Notes under the pieces: generated by a model
What the model saw: the letters and a program-made list of their open reading frames with translations, nothing else
Told to the model about the DNA's origin: nothing
Databases searched by the model: none
NCBI GenBank assembly: GCA_035604955.1
Contig: DATNHM010000064.1
Coordinates: 42,362 to 106,361 of the forward strand
Origin: Candidatus Limnocylindrales bacterium
GTDB taxonomy: Bacteria; Verrucomicrobiota; Verrucomicrobiia; Limisphaerales; UBA11358
Reading direction: 5' to 3'
Length of the DNA: 64,000 bases
Shown here: in pieces, positions 43,084 through 51,991 of the stretch
How positions within the stretch are numbered: the stretch's first letter is position 1
How the letters are laid out: each line of letters begins with the position of its first letter
Program-made: the position numbers and the translations under genes

Positions 43084-43101
43084 AAAATTGTCGGAAATTC
43101 A

Positions 43102-43464
43102 TCAACGGCATTGGCGGCGGCAGATTTCAGCCAGGTCGGTTTTCAACACCCGTTTCAATTTCCGGGCGTCGGCGACGGCCTCGTTGGTCCGGGCGAGCGA
43201 TTTTTTCACCCAGGCGAGCGCCTCGCGCACGGCCGCCGGCGCGGAGGGGCCGGGCAGCCGGTAATAGACCCAGCGCTCGGCTTTGCGGGACTGGATCAGC
43301 CCGGCGTGGTGCAGGATGGACAGGTGCCGGGAGACGGTGGAAAACGCCAGGCCAAATAATTCGGTGATCTGGCAGACGCACAGTTCGCCGCGGCGCAACG
43401 CCAGCAGGATCCGCACGCGGTTCGGGTCGGCCAGCGCCCGGGTGATGGACATGAATTCGCGCAT
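43102..43464 (-). CDS. arsR: ArsR/SmtB-family metalloregulator
   Basis: LADPNRVRILLAL..GELCVCQITELFGLAFSTVSRHLSILHHAGL, HTH with a CVC As(III) site. Start at 43464 or 43452. Confidence 0.85.
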   Translation of the reverse strand: MREFMSITRALADPNRVRILLALRRGELCVCQITELFGLAFSTVSRHLSILHHAGLIQSRKAERWVYYRLPGPSAPAAVREALAWVKKSLARTNEAVADARKLKRVLKTDLAEICRRQCR

Positions 43465-43470
43465 GATTTG

Positions 43471-43494
43471 TTATTTCGTCAAATGACGAAATAA
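43471..43494. promoter_or_regulatory. candidate ArsR operator (perfect 11-2-11 inverted repeat)
   Basis: TTATTTCGTCA-aa-TGACGAAATAA immediately upstream of arsR. The architecture resembles the 12-2-12 operators of ArsR/SmtB repressors. Confidence 0.5.
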
Positions 43495-43547
43495 TAATTC
43501 CATGAACGACGGCGGGCGTCAAGCAGAATTTCAGGAGTCCGCCGGGG

Positions 43548-44225
43548 TTACACCACGGGCTTTTCGGCGGCTTTGGCTCCGGGGTGGCGGATGTCCTGGG
43601 CTTCGCAGAGGTAAACGACTTCCTCGGCCACGTTTTTGGCGTGGTCGGCAATGCGTTCGAGGCTTTTGGAGGCGACCATCCAGTTCAGGCAGCGGCCGAT
43701 GGTGTCGGGGTTGGCGACCATGTGCTGGGCAATGGCTTCATGGATCTGTTTGTTCAGGGCATCCACCTCCTTGTCGCGTGGGATGATGGCGCGGGCGGCG
43801 GCGGAGTCGCGGTTCACGAAGGCGTCCAGCGCCGCCTTGAGCATGTCGAGCGCCATCCCGGCCATGCGCGGCAGGTCGAGATTGATTTTGACGGGTGGTT
43901 CCCGGCTTAAATCGCGCGCGCGTTTGGCGATTTTGGTGGCCTCGTCGCCGACCCGTTCGAGGTTCTGGGAAATTTTCATCGCCACGGTAACGAGGCGCAG
44001 GTTCGTGGCCAGCGGCGCTTTGGTAAGCAGTTGAATGACCAGATCGTCAATCTCCACCTCGAACTGGTCAATGATGCGGTCGTCGTCTTTGACCCGCAAC
44101 GCAAGGTCGTGATTGCGCTGGACGAGTGCCTGCACGGCCTGGTTCACGGCGGTTTCGGCGTGGCTGGCCATCAGCAGCAGTTTCTGCCGCAACCCGTCCA
44201 GTTCGATGTCGAAGTGGGTTTCCAT
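43548..44225 (-). CDS. phoU: phosphate-transport regulator PhoU
   Basis: 225 aa; two-repeat helical protein with E(D)xxxD motifs (RVGDEATKIAKR, RIADHAKNVAEE). Confidence 0.85.
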   Translation of the reverse strand: METHFDIELDGLRQKLLLMASHAETAVNQAVQALVQRNHDLALRVKDDDRIIDQFEVEIDDLVIQLLTKAPLATNLRLVTVAMKISQNLERVGDEATKIAKRARDLSREPPVKINLDLPRMAGMALDMLKAALDAFVNRDSAAARAIIPRDKEVDALNKQIHEAIAQHMVANPDTIGRCLNWMVASKSLERIADHAKNVAEEVVYLCEAQDIRHPGAKAAEKPVV

Positions 44226-44332
44226 AGTTTTAATTCTTAACCGGCTTATTCATAATCTTTGTCCTCATCCTGACCACCATGCCCGCAATTGCAAATGAGA
44301 TTATGAGGAGGAGCAGGATTGGGACCAGGATT

Positions 44333-45145
44333 TTAGCCGAACCGGCCGGTCACATAATCTTCCGTGCGTTTTTGCGAGGGGCTGGTGAAAATTTTTACCG
44401 TCGGGCCGAACTCGACCAGTTCGCCCAGATAAAAGAACGCCGTGTAATCCGACGCGCGCGCCGCCTGCTGCATGTTGTGCGTCACAATCACAATCGTGTA
44501 CTCCTTTTTCAATTCCACAATCAAGTCTTCGATTTTGGAGGTGGCCAGCGGGTCAAGCGCCGACGCCGGCTCGTCCATGAGCAACACTTCCGGTTCCACC
44601 GCCAGGGCGCGGGCGATGCACAGGCGCTGTTGCTGGCCGCCGGACAAACTGACGGCCGGCGCGTGCAGGCGGTCCTTCACCTCGTCCCAAAGGGCGGCCA
44701 TGCGGAGTGATTGTTCGGTGCGTTCGGCGAGCAGCTTTCGGTTGCCGATGCCGTTCAAACGCAACCCGACGGTGACGTTTTCAACAATGGACATGGTCGG
44801 GAACGGATTTGACTTTTGAAACACCATGCCGACCCGGCGGCGGACCGTAACCGGCTCGACGTTACGCGAGTAGATATCGTCGTCAAACAGGCGAATCTCG
44901 CCTTCCATGCGCGCTTCGGGATTCAACTCGTGCATCCGGTTGAGCGCGCGCAGAAAGGTGGATTTGCCGCAACCGCTGGGGCCGATGATGGCGGTGACGG
45001 CCCGGGCGGCGACGTCGAGCGAAACGTTTTTGACCGCGGCGGTGTTGCCGAAGAACACCGAGAGATGGCGCACGGTCAGGGCCGGCGCTCCCACGGATTT
45101 GGATTCCGGCTGGACATTGAGCGGTGGCATGGCGGTTTCAGGCAT
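44333..45145 (-). CDS. pstB: phosphate ABC transporter ATP-binding protein PstB
   Basis: Walker [10 protein letters not shown], signature [14 protein letters not shown], Walker B LLMDEP. Confidence 0.9.
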   Translation of the reverse strand: MPETAMPPLNVQPESKSVGAPALTVRHLSVFFGNTAAVKNVSLDVAARAVTAIIGPSGCGKSTFLRALNRMHELNPEARMEGEIRLFDDDIYSRNVEPVTVRRRVGMVFQKSNPFPTMSIVENVTVGLRLNGIGNRKLLAERTEQSLRMAALWDEVKDRLHAPAVSLSGGQQQRLCIARALAVEPEVLLMDEPASALDPLATSKIEDLIVELKKEYTIVIVTHNMQQAARASDYTAFFYLGELVEFGPTVKIFTSPSQKRTEDYVTGRFG

Positions 45146-45159
45146 GGCGTTGCAAAATT

Positions 45160-46008
45160 TCAGGCTTTGCGTTGGAACCGGTCGCGGGTGAAAAAGCGCA
45201 CGCCGACGTTGATGGCCAGCACCAGCAGGAGCAGAACGAAGGCGCCCGCCCAGGCCTGCCGATGCCAGTCGTCATAGGGGGAGATGGCATAAACGTAAAT
45301 CTGCAGGGGGATGGCCGCGATGGGTTCGGTCAGTTTGTGCGCCCAGCCGAGATTGCCGGTGGTGAACAGCAGCGGTGCCGTTTCGCCGGCGACGCGCGCG
45401 AGGGCCAGCAACACACCGGTCACAATGCCTTTGAGCGCGGTGCGGATGACGATTTGCACGATGGTCCGCCATTTGGCAATGCCCAGCGCCAGCGCGGCTT
45501 CGCGGTAGCCGCCGGGCACCAGTTGCAGCACCTCTTCGGTCGTCCGCATCACGAGCGGAATCATCATCAGTCCCAGCACCACGCCGCCCGCCAGCGCGGA
45601 CGCGCCGTGCATGGGCACGACCATCAGGGCATAGACCACCACGCCCCAGGTGATGGATGGCACGCCGTTGAGAATGTCGGCGCCGAACCGGATTCCCCAG
45701 TTTAACCTGGTCCCGCCGTATTCGGAGAGGAACACGCCGCCCAGCACACCAATCGGGACGCCGACGACCGCCGCCTCCGCGAGCAAAACAAATGTTCCGA
45801 CGATGGCGTTGGCCATGCCGCCGCCTTTTTCACCGAGGGGCTTCGGCAGTTGCGTGAAGAACGCAAGATTGATTGAACTGAACCCTTCCTTTACGATGTG
45901 ATAAAAAATCAAAATGAGCGGCGTGACCACCAGAATGGCGCAGGCGAACGTGATGACCTGCATCAGGATGTCCTTGAACTGGCGCCAGTAATGGTTCGGG
46001 GCGGTCAT
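45160..46008 (-). CDS. pstA: phosphate ABC transporter permease PstA
   Basis: Permease with an EAA-like loop ([14 protein letters not shown]). The ATG at 46008 is chosen because the 36 upstream codons of ORF 45160..46116 only translate heptamer arrays. Confidence 0.8.
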   Translation of the reverse strand: MTAPNHYWRQFKDILMQVITFACAILVVTPLILIFYHIVKEGFSSINLAFFTQLPKPLGEKGGGMANAIVGTFVLLAEAAVVGVPIGVLGGVFLSEYGGTRLNWGIRFGADILNGVPSITWGVVVYALMVVPMHGASALAGGVVLGLMMIPLVMRTTEEVLQLVPGGYREAALALGIAKWRTIVQIVIRTALKGIVTGVLLALARVAGETAPLLFTTGNLGWAHKLTEPIAAIPLQIYVYAISPYDDWHRQAWAGAFVLLLLVLAINVGVRFFTRDRFQRKA

Positions 46009-46009
46009 G

Positions 46010-46110
46010 CGAGTGACGAGTGACGAGTGACGAGTGGCGAGTGCGACCGGACGGAGCAGGAGCCACGTGGAGCCAGCCTGATCGTAAATCGTAAATCGTA
46101 AATCATAAAT
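46010..46110. repeat. two heptamer arrays inside the pstC-pstA intergenic gap
   Basis: (GTGACGA)x4.5 at 46010..46046 and (TCGTAAA)x4 at 46081..46110. Confidence 0.85.
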
Positions 46111-46112
46111 GT

Positions 46113-47084
46113 TCAATGTTGTGGCTTCACGCTGGGTCCGGCGAAGGTTTTCAAAAGCAATTGAGCAAAAATATTCACGAGCATGGTCACGCCGAGCAGG
46201 ACCAGCCCCAGTTCAAACAGCGAGCTGTAAAACAAATCACCGATGGCTTCGGTGAATTGATTGGCAATCCAACTGGCCAAGGTGCTGCCAGGCGCAAAAA
46301 GCGATTTGACGAATTGCGGCGAATTGCCGACGACCATCGTCACGGCCATCGTTTCGCCCAGCGCGCGGCCCAGCCCCAGAATGACCGCGCCGAACAGGCC
46401 CTTTTTCGCGTAGCTCAGCACGGCGATGCGTGTGACTTCCCAGCGCGTCGCGCCGAGGGCATAGGCGGCTTCGCGCTGCAAACCGGGAACCGAGCGCAGG
46501 ATTTCCCGCGAGACCGACGTGATGATGGGCACAGCCATGATGGCGAGGATGATTCCGGCAGCCAGCATGCACGGGCCGTAATCTGGCCCTTGAAAGAATG
46601 GCAGAAAGCCGAGCGTCGTCCGCAGCGCTGGATAAAGATGATTGTGCAGCCACGGAACCATGACAAAGAATCCCCAAAAGCCCAGAATGACGCTGGGAAT
46701 GGCGGCAAGCAATTCGATGAACATGATGAGCGGCTGGCGCATCCAGAGCGGCGCAAGTTCGGTGAGATAAACGGCGGTGGCGACGCTGATGGGCACGGCG
46801 ATGATGAGCGCAATGAGTGATGAGGCCAGCGTGCCGAGGATGAAGGGCAGCGCGCCATAGTTGTCGTTGCCCGGGTCCCAGTCGCTGCTGATGAGAAAGT
46901 GCCAGCCGAATTTGTGCAGCGCCGGCTGCGAACCGCGGGCCAGTTCGTAGCCGATGAGCGCGATGAGCACAAAAACGGACAGCGCCATGAGCAGCGTCAG
47001 CCATTTGAAGGCGCGGTCGCCGAAGTGGGAGCCGCCGCGCATTCGCGCGGAGGCGGTGGCTGCCATGACCGAAGATTCACTCAC
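46113..47084 (-). CDS. pstC: phosphate ABC transporter permease PstC
   Basis: 323 aa, six TM, EAA loop REAAYALGATRWEV. Confidence 0.85.
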   Translation of the reverse strand: MSESSVMAATASARMRGGSHFGDRAFKWLTLLMALSVFVLIALIGYELARGSQPALHKFGWHFLISSDWDPGNDNYGALPFILGTLASSLIALIIAVPISVATAVYLTELAPLWMRQPLIMFIELLAAIPSVILGFWGFFVMVPWLHNHLYPALRTTLGFLPFFQGPDYGPCMLAAGIILAIMAVPIITSVSREILRSVPGLQREAAYALGATRWEVTRIAVLSYAKKGLFGAVILGLGRALGETMAVTMVVGNSPQFVKSLFAPGSTLASWIANQFTEAIGDLFYSSLFELGLVLLGVTMLVNIFAQLLLKTFAGPSVKPQH

Positions 47085-47171
47085 GGTTTCTTAAAATCAA
47101 ACGGCGGGCGGAGTAATGATCGCACACTCCGGCACTCTCCGGTTCCCATGTTCTGTCCATTTGTTTCCATG

Positions 47172-47216
47172 CAAAACCAAAAGGACGAAGAGCGGGAGGA
47201 ACAACGCTCTTCGTCC
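47172..47216 (-). terminator. intra-operon terminator/attenuator after pstS
   Basis: GGACGAAGAGCG-(10 nt)-CGCTCTTCGTCC followed on the minus strand by TTTTGGTTTTG. Confidence 0.6.
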
Positions 47217-47254
47217 AGCTCACGCCCGCAAAAATACCGGGCGCCGGAGCGAAG

Positions 47255-48343
47255 TCAGTATTTTATTGTATCGAGCAACTGTAATTCACGCTGCTGGACG
47301 TTGTCCGGCAGCGGCGCATAATCCAGCGTGGACGAAATTTTCTGGCCCTCCGTGACCGCCCACCTCAAAAAGGCCACGAGCTTTTTACCATGGTCGGCGT
47401 TTTTCTGCTGCTGATAAACCAGCACCCAACTCGCACCGGCGATGGGATAAGCCTGGTCGCCGGGCGGGTTAACCATGGAGAAACGGAAGTCGCCCGGGAT
47501 GTGGGCGGTGGCCAGCGCGGCGCTGACGGAAGCCGGCGCGGGCGAAATGAAATTGCCCGACGAATTTTTCATGTCGGCATAGGGGATTTTGCTCTGGTCG
47601 GCATAAGCCAGTTCGCCGTAGCCAATGGCGCCGGAAATCTGTTTGACCTGGCCGGCCACGCCTTCGCTGCCCTTGGCGCCCAGGCCAATGCCGGCAGGCC
47701 ATTTCACCGAAGTGCTCTTGCCCACCGTATCGGCCCAAACCGGGTTTACGGCGCTCAAGTAATCGGTGAAAATGAACGTGGTGCCGCTGCCTTCGGTGCG
47801 ATAAACCGGAACAATTGCCAGGTCCGGCAAATCAACGCCCGGATTGAGCGCGGTAATTTTGGGATCATTCCATTTCTTGATGTTGCCGAGGTAAATGTTG
47901 GCCAGGGTATCGCCGTCGAGCTTCAGTTTGGGATTGCCGGGCAGGTTGTACATAATGGCCACGCCGCCGGCCACGACCGGGAAATGCAGAATTTTGCCCG
48001 GCGCCTTGGCCATGGCGGCGTCGGTCATCGGCGCGTCGGAAGCGCCAAAGTCCACCGTTTGATTGAGCAATTGTTTCTGCCCGCCGCCGGAGCCGATGGA
48101 TTGATAATTGAAGCGGACGTCAGGATGATTCTGGCCGTAGGCCTCAAACCATTTGGTGAAGGCCGGATAGTCGAACGTCGAACCGGCGCCGTTGATGAGC
48201 GTTTGTGCCGGCACATTGGTGGCAACGAGTAAGGCCGCCGTGCCGACGACCGCCAGATGCCGCTTCGCGTTTAGAATGGCCACGGTCGCGGCGACCACGG
48301 CGCCAAGGCCGAGAAAGGAGAGGATGATTTTTTTCATTTTCAA
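47255..48343 (-). CDS. pstS: phosphate-binding protein PstS
   Basis: GAGSTFDYPAFTKW, SIGSGGG and FGASDAP motifs of PBP-type phosphate binders. Confidence 0.9.
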   Translation of the reverse strand: MKMKKIILSFLGLGAVVAATVAILNAKRHLAVVGTAALLVATNVPAQTLINGAGSTFDYPAFTKWFEAYGQNHPDVRFNYQSIGSGGGQKQLLNQTVDFGASDAPMTDAAMAKAPGKILHFPVVAGGVAIMYNLPGNPKLKLDGDTLANIYLGNIKKWNDPKITALNPGVDLPDLAIVPVYRTEGSGTTFIFTDYLSAVNPVWADTVGKSTSVKWPAGIGLGAKGSEGVAGQVKQISGAIGYGELAYADQSKIPYADMKNSSGNFISPAPASVSAALATAHIPGDFRFSMVNPPGDQAYPIAGASWVLVYQQQKNADHGKKLVAFLRWAVTEGQKISSTLDYAPLPDNVQQRELQLLDTIKY

Positions 48344-48398
48344 TTTTCAAGTTTGGAGTGTAGTCGGTTTCTTATTGGTTGTTCACGTTACAATCAGG

Positions 48399-49763
48399 TT
48401 AAAATTTCCACATCAGGTCAGCCATGGCATGGACCGCGCCGGTTTTGACGCCGGGCACGGGATTATTGATGAGGTCGTTGATATAACAGGTGAATGAGAA
48501 GGTCAGCGAGTCAAAGATCGAATAGTTGAATTTGACCAGGTGGCCTTTGATGTTGGTGCCACCGACCGCGGTGCCGGTTTCGGGGACAACCGCCGGTGTC
48601 GTGGGCGTGACGGCGATATTGTCGTCATCCACGATCTGGTCCCACCACGCATCCGCCTCCAATCGTTGATAACGATAGGAAATGTCCCAAGCACCCCTCT
48701 TACCGGATTTGCCGAAGGTCACCCCGCCCCACCAGCCTTTGTTGTTGCTGCCGGCGCCGGGGTTGTCCAGGTATTCGCCCGCCAGCTTGACGGGAAACGC
48801 CCCGGGATAAAGCGGGAAGCTGTCCAGCGTGTAGGTCAGGCTGCCGCTGACGGCAATGGGATTGAAGTCGTAGGCATAGCTCCCGGCGGTCAGCGTGTTC
48901 CCCAGGTTTGTATCATAAGTGGTCTTCAAATTCGCCTTGTCCACGATGTCATAGGCGGCAACGCCCAGGGCGGAAGCGAGCTTTGGCGTCCAACTCGCGT
49001 TCCAGATGGCCTGGCCGCCATAAAGGAAGGGACCGCGGGTGTTTACCTGGTCGAGCACAAACGCCGCGCTGTTGAACGCAAGCGAATTCCGGTCATTGAT
49101 ATTGTAGGTCGCCTGCAATGCCGCACCTTCCGGGGTATAATCGGGATCGAACAGCATGTACGACTCCTGAAACGGCTGGTCCATCTTGCCGATGGTTCCG
49201 GCCACCATCCAGGTTTCGTTGTTGATCGGCGTCCATTTGCCGTAGGCGGTATCCACATAAATATATTTTTTGGAGGCGTTCCCCTGGAGGGTCGTGTTGT
49301 TGGACAGCGGATTTCCGCCCGTGGGGTTGCCGGCCGACGGCGCGTCACCGGTGCCCAGCCGGAAGCCCACCTGCAAATTGTCCTTCATGTTGACAATCAA
49401 GCCGGCCCGCAGGCGATAACGCAAGCGGATATTGTTGTCGTGACCGCCAAAGGCCGGAATTTCCGTGCTGACATCGTCGAACCGTCCGCGGAAATCACCG
49501 TACAGCTTGTAACTCGTTATCCAATCCGACATCGGGAAGCGGGAATTCATCGCCTTGTTGAAATCTGCGACCGAATTCGTCGCGTTCTCGGCCTTCAGTT
49601 CGTCCGCTTCATTTGGCGTCAGAATGCCTTTTTGTTCCAGTTTGTTGAGCAGGTTGTCCACGGACGTTTGCGCGTGGGTGTTGGGGGTCAACGCCATCAG
49701 CGCAGCGGCGCCGGCAACAATGGCAGCTTGGGTGGTGGTCTGATGATTTTTGAGTTTTTTCAT
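48399..49763 (-). CDS. outer-membrane porin (putatively phosphate-regulated)
   Basis: Signal peptide ..AAALMALTPNTHAQ, an N-terminal coiled segment, then alternating beta-strand-like sequence ending in ...DLMWKF. Placed first in the pst operon. Confidence 0.6.
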   Translation of the reverse strand: MKKLKNHQTTTQAAIVAGAAALMALTPNTHAQTSVDNLLNKLEQKGILTPNEADELKAENATNSVADFNKAMNSRFPMSDWITSYKLYGDFRGRFDDVSTEIPAFGGHDNNIRLRYRLRAGLIVNMKDNLQVGFRLGTGDAPSAGNPTGGNPLSNNTTLQGNASKKYIYVDTAYGKWTPINNETWMVAGTIGKMDQPFQESYMLFDPDYTPEGAALQATYNINDRNSLAFNSAAFVLDQVNTRGPFLYGGQAIWNASWTPKLASALGVAAYDIVDKANLKTTYDTNLGNTLTAGSYAYDFNPIAVSGSLTYTLDSFPLYPGAFPVKLAGEYLDNPGAGSNNKGWWGGVTFGKSGKRGAWDISYRYQRLEADAWWDQIVDDDNIAVTPTTPAVVPETGTAVGGTNIKGHLVKFNYSIFDSLTFSFTCYINDLINNPVPGVKTGAVHAMADLMWKF

Positions 49764-49791
49764 GGTTGTCGTTTGCTGTGCGACGGCAGGC

Positions 49792-49842
49792 TGAGACAAC
49801 ATTGTTACAATCAAGCGGAGGAAATGTTACATTCGCGTGACA
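49792..49842 (-). promoter_or_regulatory. Pho-box-like direct repeats upstream of the porin-pst operon
   Basis: Minus strand: TGTCACG-cgaa-TGTAACA (49842..49825) and TGTAACA-atgt-TGTCTCA (49809..49792). These are 7-bp repeats at 11-bp spacing, as in PhoB boxes. Confidence 0.45.
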
Positions 49843-49942
49843 AGACAACCTGGTCACGATTCCGCGGAGAACAGGTGACAGCCAGATGGCCGACCGGAAT
49901 TGGCGGGAAAAGAAAAAACGTGTGCGATGAAATGTCCGGAAA

Positions 49943-50497
49943 TTACATCGCGCGGAAAGCGGTCAGGCCCAGCAGCACGATAAAAATCGCAAACGCCAGT
50001 CGGATGGTGCTGGTCACGCGGATGCGCGTCTCGGTGGCGGTGGCCCAATTGATAAAATCACGCACCCGCCACGGCGTCACGGTGAACCAGATGCCCGCGA
50101 CGACGAGCACGTAGGCCCACGTTTGAATCACCCACACCCAATGTGTCTCACCCAGATGCGGTCGCCCGGTATCCACCATCAATTTCGCCAGCAATAGCAT
50201 CACCACCGCCAGCCCGCGCACGGCCAGAAAGTCCTGAATAAAAAAACAGCTCAAAATGCCCACCGCCACAAAACCCGCCATCATTGCCGGTTTGAAGGCC
50301 GCGAAATCGGACACCGACTCGATGTGGACGTTCCAGACAAACCAAGCCGTGCCCAGCAACATAAGCGCGACGCCGAGCGGCAGATTGCGGGGAAACTTGC
50401 GGGCCGCCACCGCGAATTTCTGCGGCTGCGTAATGCCATAAAACTGCGGCACGGCCATGCCGAGTCCGAGCAAAATGGTCAGCAACGACAATTTCAT
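49943..50497 (-). CDS. hypothetical membrane protein
   Basis: 184 aa with five to six hydrophobic helices; no motif recognised. Confidence 0.5.
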   Translation of the reverse strand: MKLSLLTILLGLGMAVPQFYGITQPQKFAVAARKFPRNLPLGVALMLLGTAWFVWNVHIESVSDFAAFKPAMMAGFVAVGILSCFFIQDFLAVRGLAVVMLLLAKLMVDTGRPHLGETHWVWVIQTWAYVLVVAGIWFTVTPWRVRDFINWATATETRIRVTSTIRLAFAIFIVLLGLTAFRAM

Positions 50498-50595
50498 CGC
50501 GGGGAATTAAACATGAATCCCGATGAATCGCGAGCAAATTGACGCGGAAAAATTCAATCTGGACAACCCTCCGTGCGAAAAATAGCGTGGCCCGG

Positions 50596-51366
50596 ATGAA
50601 TTCAGGCGGAGCAAAAATGCATTTTGCAGTTTCGGGCTCCGGCGACATCCCGTTGATTTGCACCCACGGCTGGGCCTGCAACGGTGAACAATTCATCGAG
50701 TTGAGCCGGCTGCTGGCAAAGGATTTTTGCATTTTCCGCCCGGATCTGCCGGGGCATGGTCAAACTTCATTGAACGGATTTAAACCCGGATTTGAACGAT
50801 ATGCCGATGTGATCGTGGATTTTGCACTACAACATGGGCTGAAGCACCCGGTGCTGCTTGGACACAGCATGGGCGGCGTACTGTCATTGATGGCCGCAGC
50901 CACCGGCCGGCTTGGACCCCAGGCGGTCATCAATTTCGATGGCAGCCTGCCGGCGACAGAAAAAACCCTGGCCGGTCAGATGCAGATTCGTCGCTGGCTC
51001 GACAAGCCGGATTTTCGAAAGCGGTTGGCCAAGTTGTTGCGGAAGGCATTCTTTCTGCCATCCGAACGCGGCGCCGGTTGTGAGGCCATTCTTCAAACGA
51101 TGTGTTCCGCGCCGGAGGCCGTGTTGCGTTTCCTGCCGGAACAGATCGGCGAGCTACACCCGCATCGCATTTTACCCGAGGTGACCGCCCCGGTTTTATT
51201 CGTCGGCAGTGCTGCTCCGCGGTTTGACGCTCAGGAAGCATCGAGGTTGCTTCCCCAACTTCGGTTCGAACGGGTTCCGGACGCCGGCCATTTTCTGCAT
51301 GTTTACGCTGTTAACAAGGTGGCGACCGTCGTCAGACAGTTCTTGATGCCGTTGCTTGTGCGCTGA
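50596..51366 (+). CDS. alpha/beta-fold hydrolase
   Basis: HGW oxyanion region, nucleophile elbow GHSMGG, C-terminal PDAGHF. Start at 50596 or 50617. Confidence 0.75.
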   Translation: MNSGGAKMHFAVSGSGDIPLICTHGWACNGEQFIELSRLLAKDFCIFRPDLPGHGQTSLNGFKPGFERYADVIVDFALQHGLKHPVLLGHSMGGVLSLMAAATGRLGPQAVINFDGSLPATEKTLAGQMQIRRWLDKPDFRKRLAKLLRKAFFLPSERGAGCEAILQTMCSAPEAVLRFLPEQIGELHPHRILPEVTAPVLFVGSAAPRFDAQEASRLLPQLRFERVPDAGHFLHVYAVNKVATVVRQFLMPLLVR

Positions 51367-51372
51367 GCTGAT

Positions 51373-51457
51373 TTACAAATTCACAATCGCCGGGTCGCCG
51401 TAGAGCGTGATGGAACCGGCGCGGGTGATTTTTACGTCCATGAGCTGGCCGCGATGC
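51373..51457 (-). pseudogene. orphan duplicate of the miaB 3' end
   Basis: 51386..51457 matches 52002..52073 with 4 mismatches in 72 nt. It reads HRGQLMDVKITRAGSITLYGDPAIVNL*, against HRGQLMDVKITRAGSFTLYGDPAILE* in miaB. Confidence 0.8.
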
Positions 51458-51462
51458 TCGAT

Positions 51463-51789
51463 TCAGAAGCGCAATTGAATCCGGCTTCCCCAAATCTTCT
51501 TAATCTCTTGCGCGTCGCTGGCCGAAAGCACGCCAAGTTTGCGGCGAAGAAGAATCTGCTCCAGACAATCCAAGCGGGAAAGCCTCACCGTGGACGCGAC
51601 TCGCAACCCTTCAGATTGCCAATCTGTCAAAGGGACGTCAGTGGATGAGCGCGGCGGCGCAGAAGTGACGGCGGCAACAACAACGTCCGAAGCGTCAAGC
51701 CAAAGCACCAGAACCGGCCGTATTTTGGATGCTGCGCCGCTGGTAAATGGAATATCCGCAAGCCAGATTTCACCGGGTTGCAGCGTCAT
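51463..51789 (-). CDS. PemK/MazF-family toxin
   Basis: MTLQPGEIWLADIPF...KIRPVLVL resembles the MazF/PemK N-terminus; overlaps the upstream small ORF by 20 nt. Confidence 0.65.
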   Translation of the reverse strand: MTLQPGEIWLADIPFTSGAASKIRPVLVLWLDASDVVVAAVTSAPPRSSTDVPLTDWQSEGLRVASTVRLSRLDCLEQILLRRKLGVLSASDAQEIKKIWGSRIQLRF

Positions 51790-51949
51790 CGTAGAGTCCT
51801 TCGTCTCCCGGAGCGTAGCTGTTCAGAAATGCGCTGTGGTCACGGGCAGGTTGAGTTTGTCGCTTCCGATCAATCCAAGCAACCAGTCTTGAAAAATCCT
51901 TTGGCGGCAGTTGTTCAACCGCTTGCTCAATTTCCTCAACTTTGCTCAT
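51770..51949 (-). CDS. small antitoxin candidate (addiction-module component)
   Basis: Not in the ORF track (59 aa). MSKVEEIEQAVEQLPPKDFSRLVAWIDRKRQ... was translated by hand; ATG at 51949, TGA at 51770. Confidence 0.55.
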   Translation of the reverse strand: MSKVEEIEQAVEQLPPKDFSRLVAWIDRKRQTQPARDHSAFLNSYAPGDEGLYDDAATR

Positions 51950-51991
51950 GCTGAAAAGATACAGCCGCCAATCCGCTGTTGCAAGAATCCA

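Noticed and set aside
45160-46116. Full-length 318-aa version of pstA starting at TTG 46116 and overlapping the pstC stop.
   Set aside because: The extra 36 codons are only a translation of two heptamer arrays. The ATG at 46008 gives a normal PstA N-terminus, although the longer form cannot be strictly excluded.
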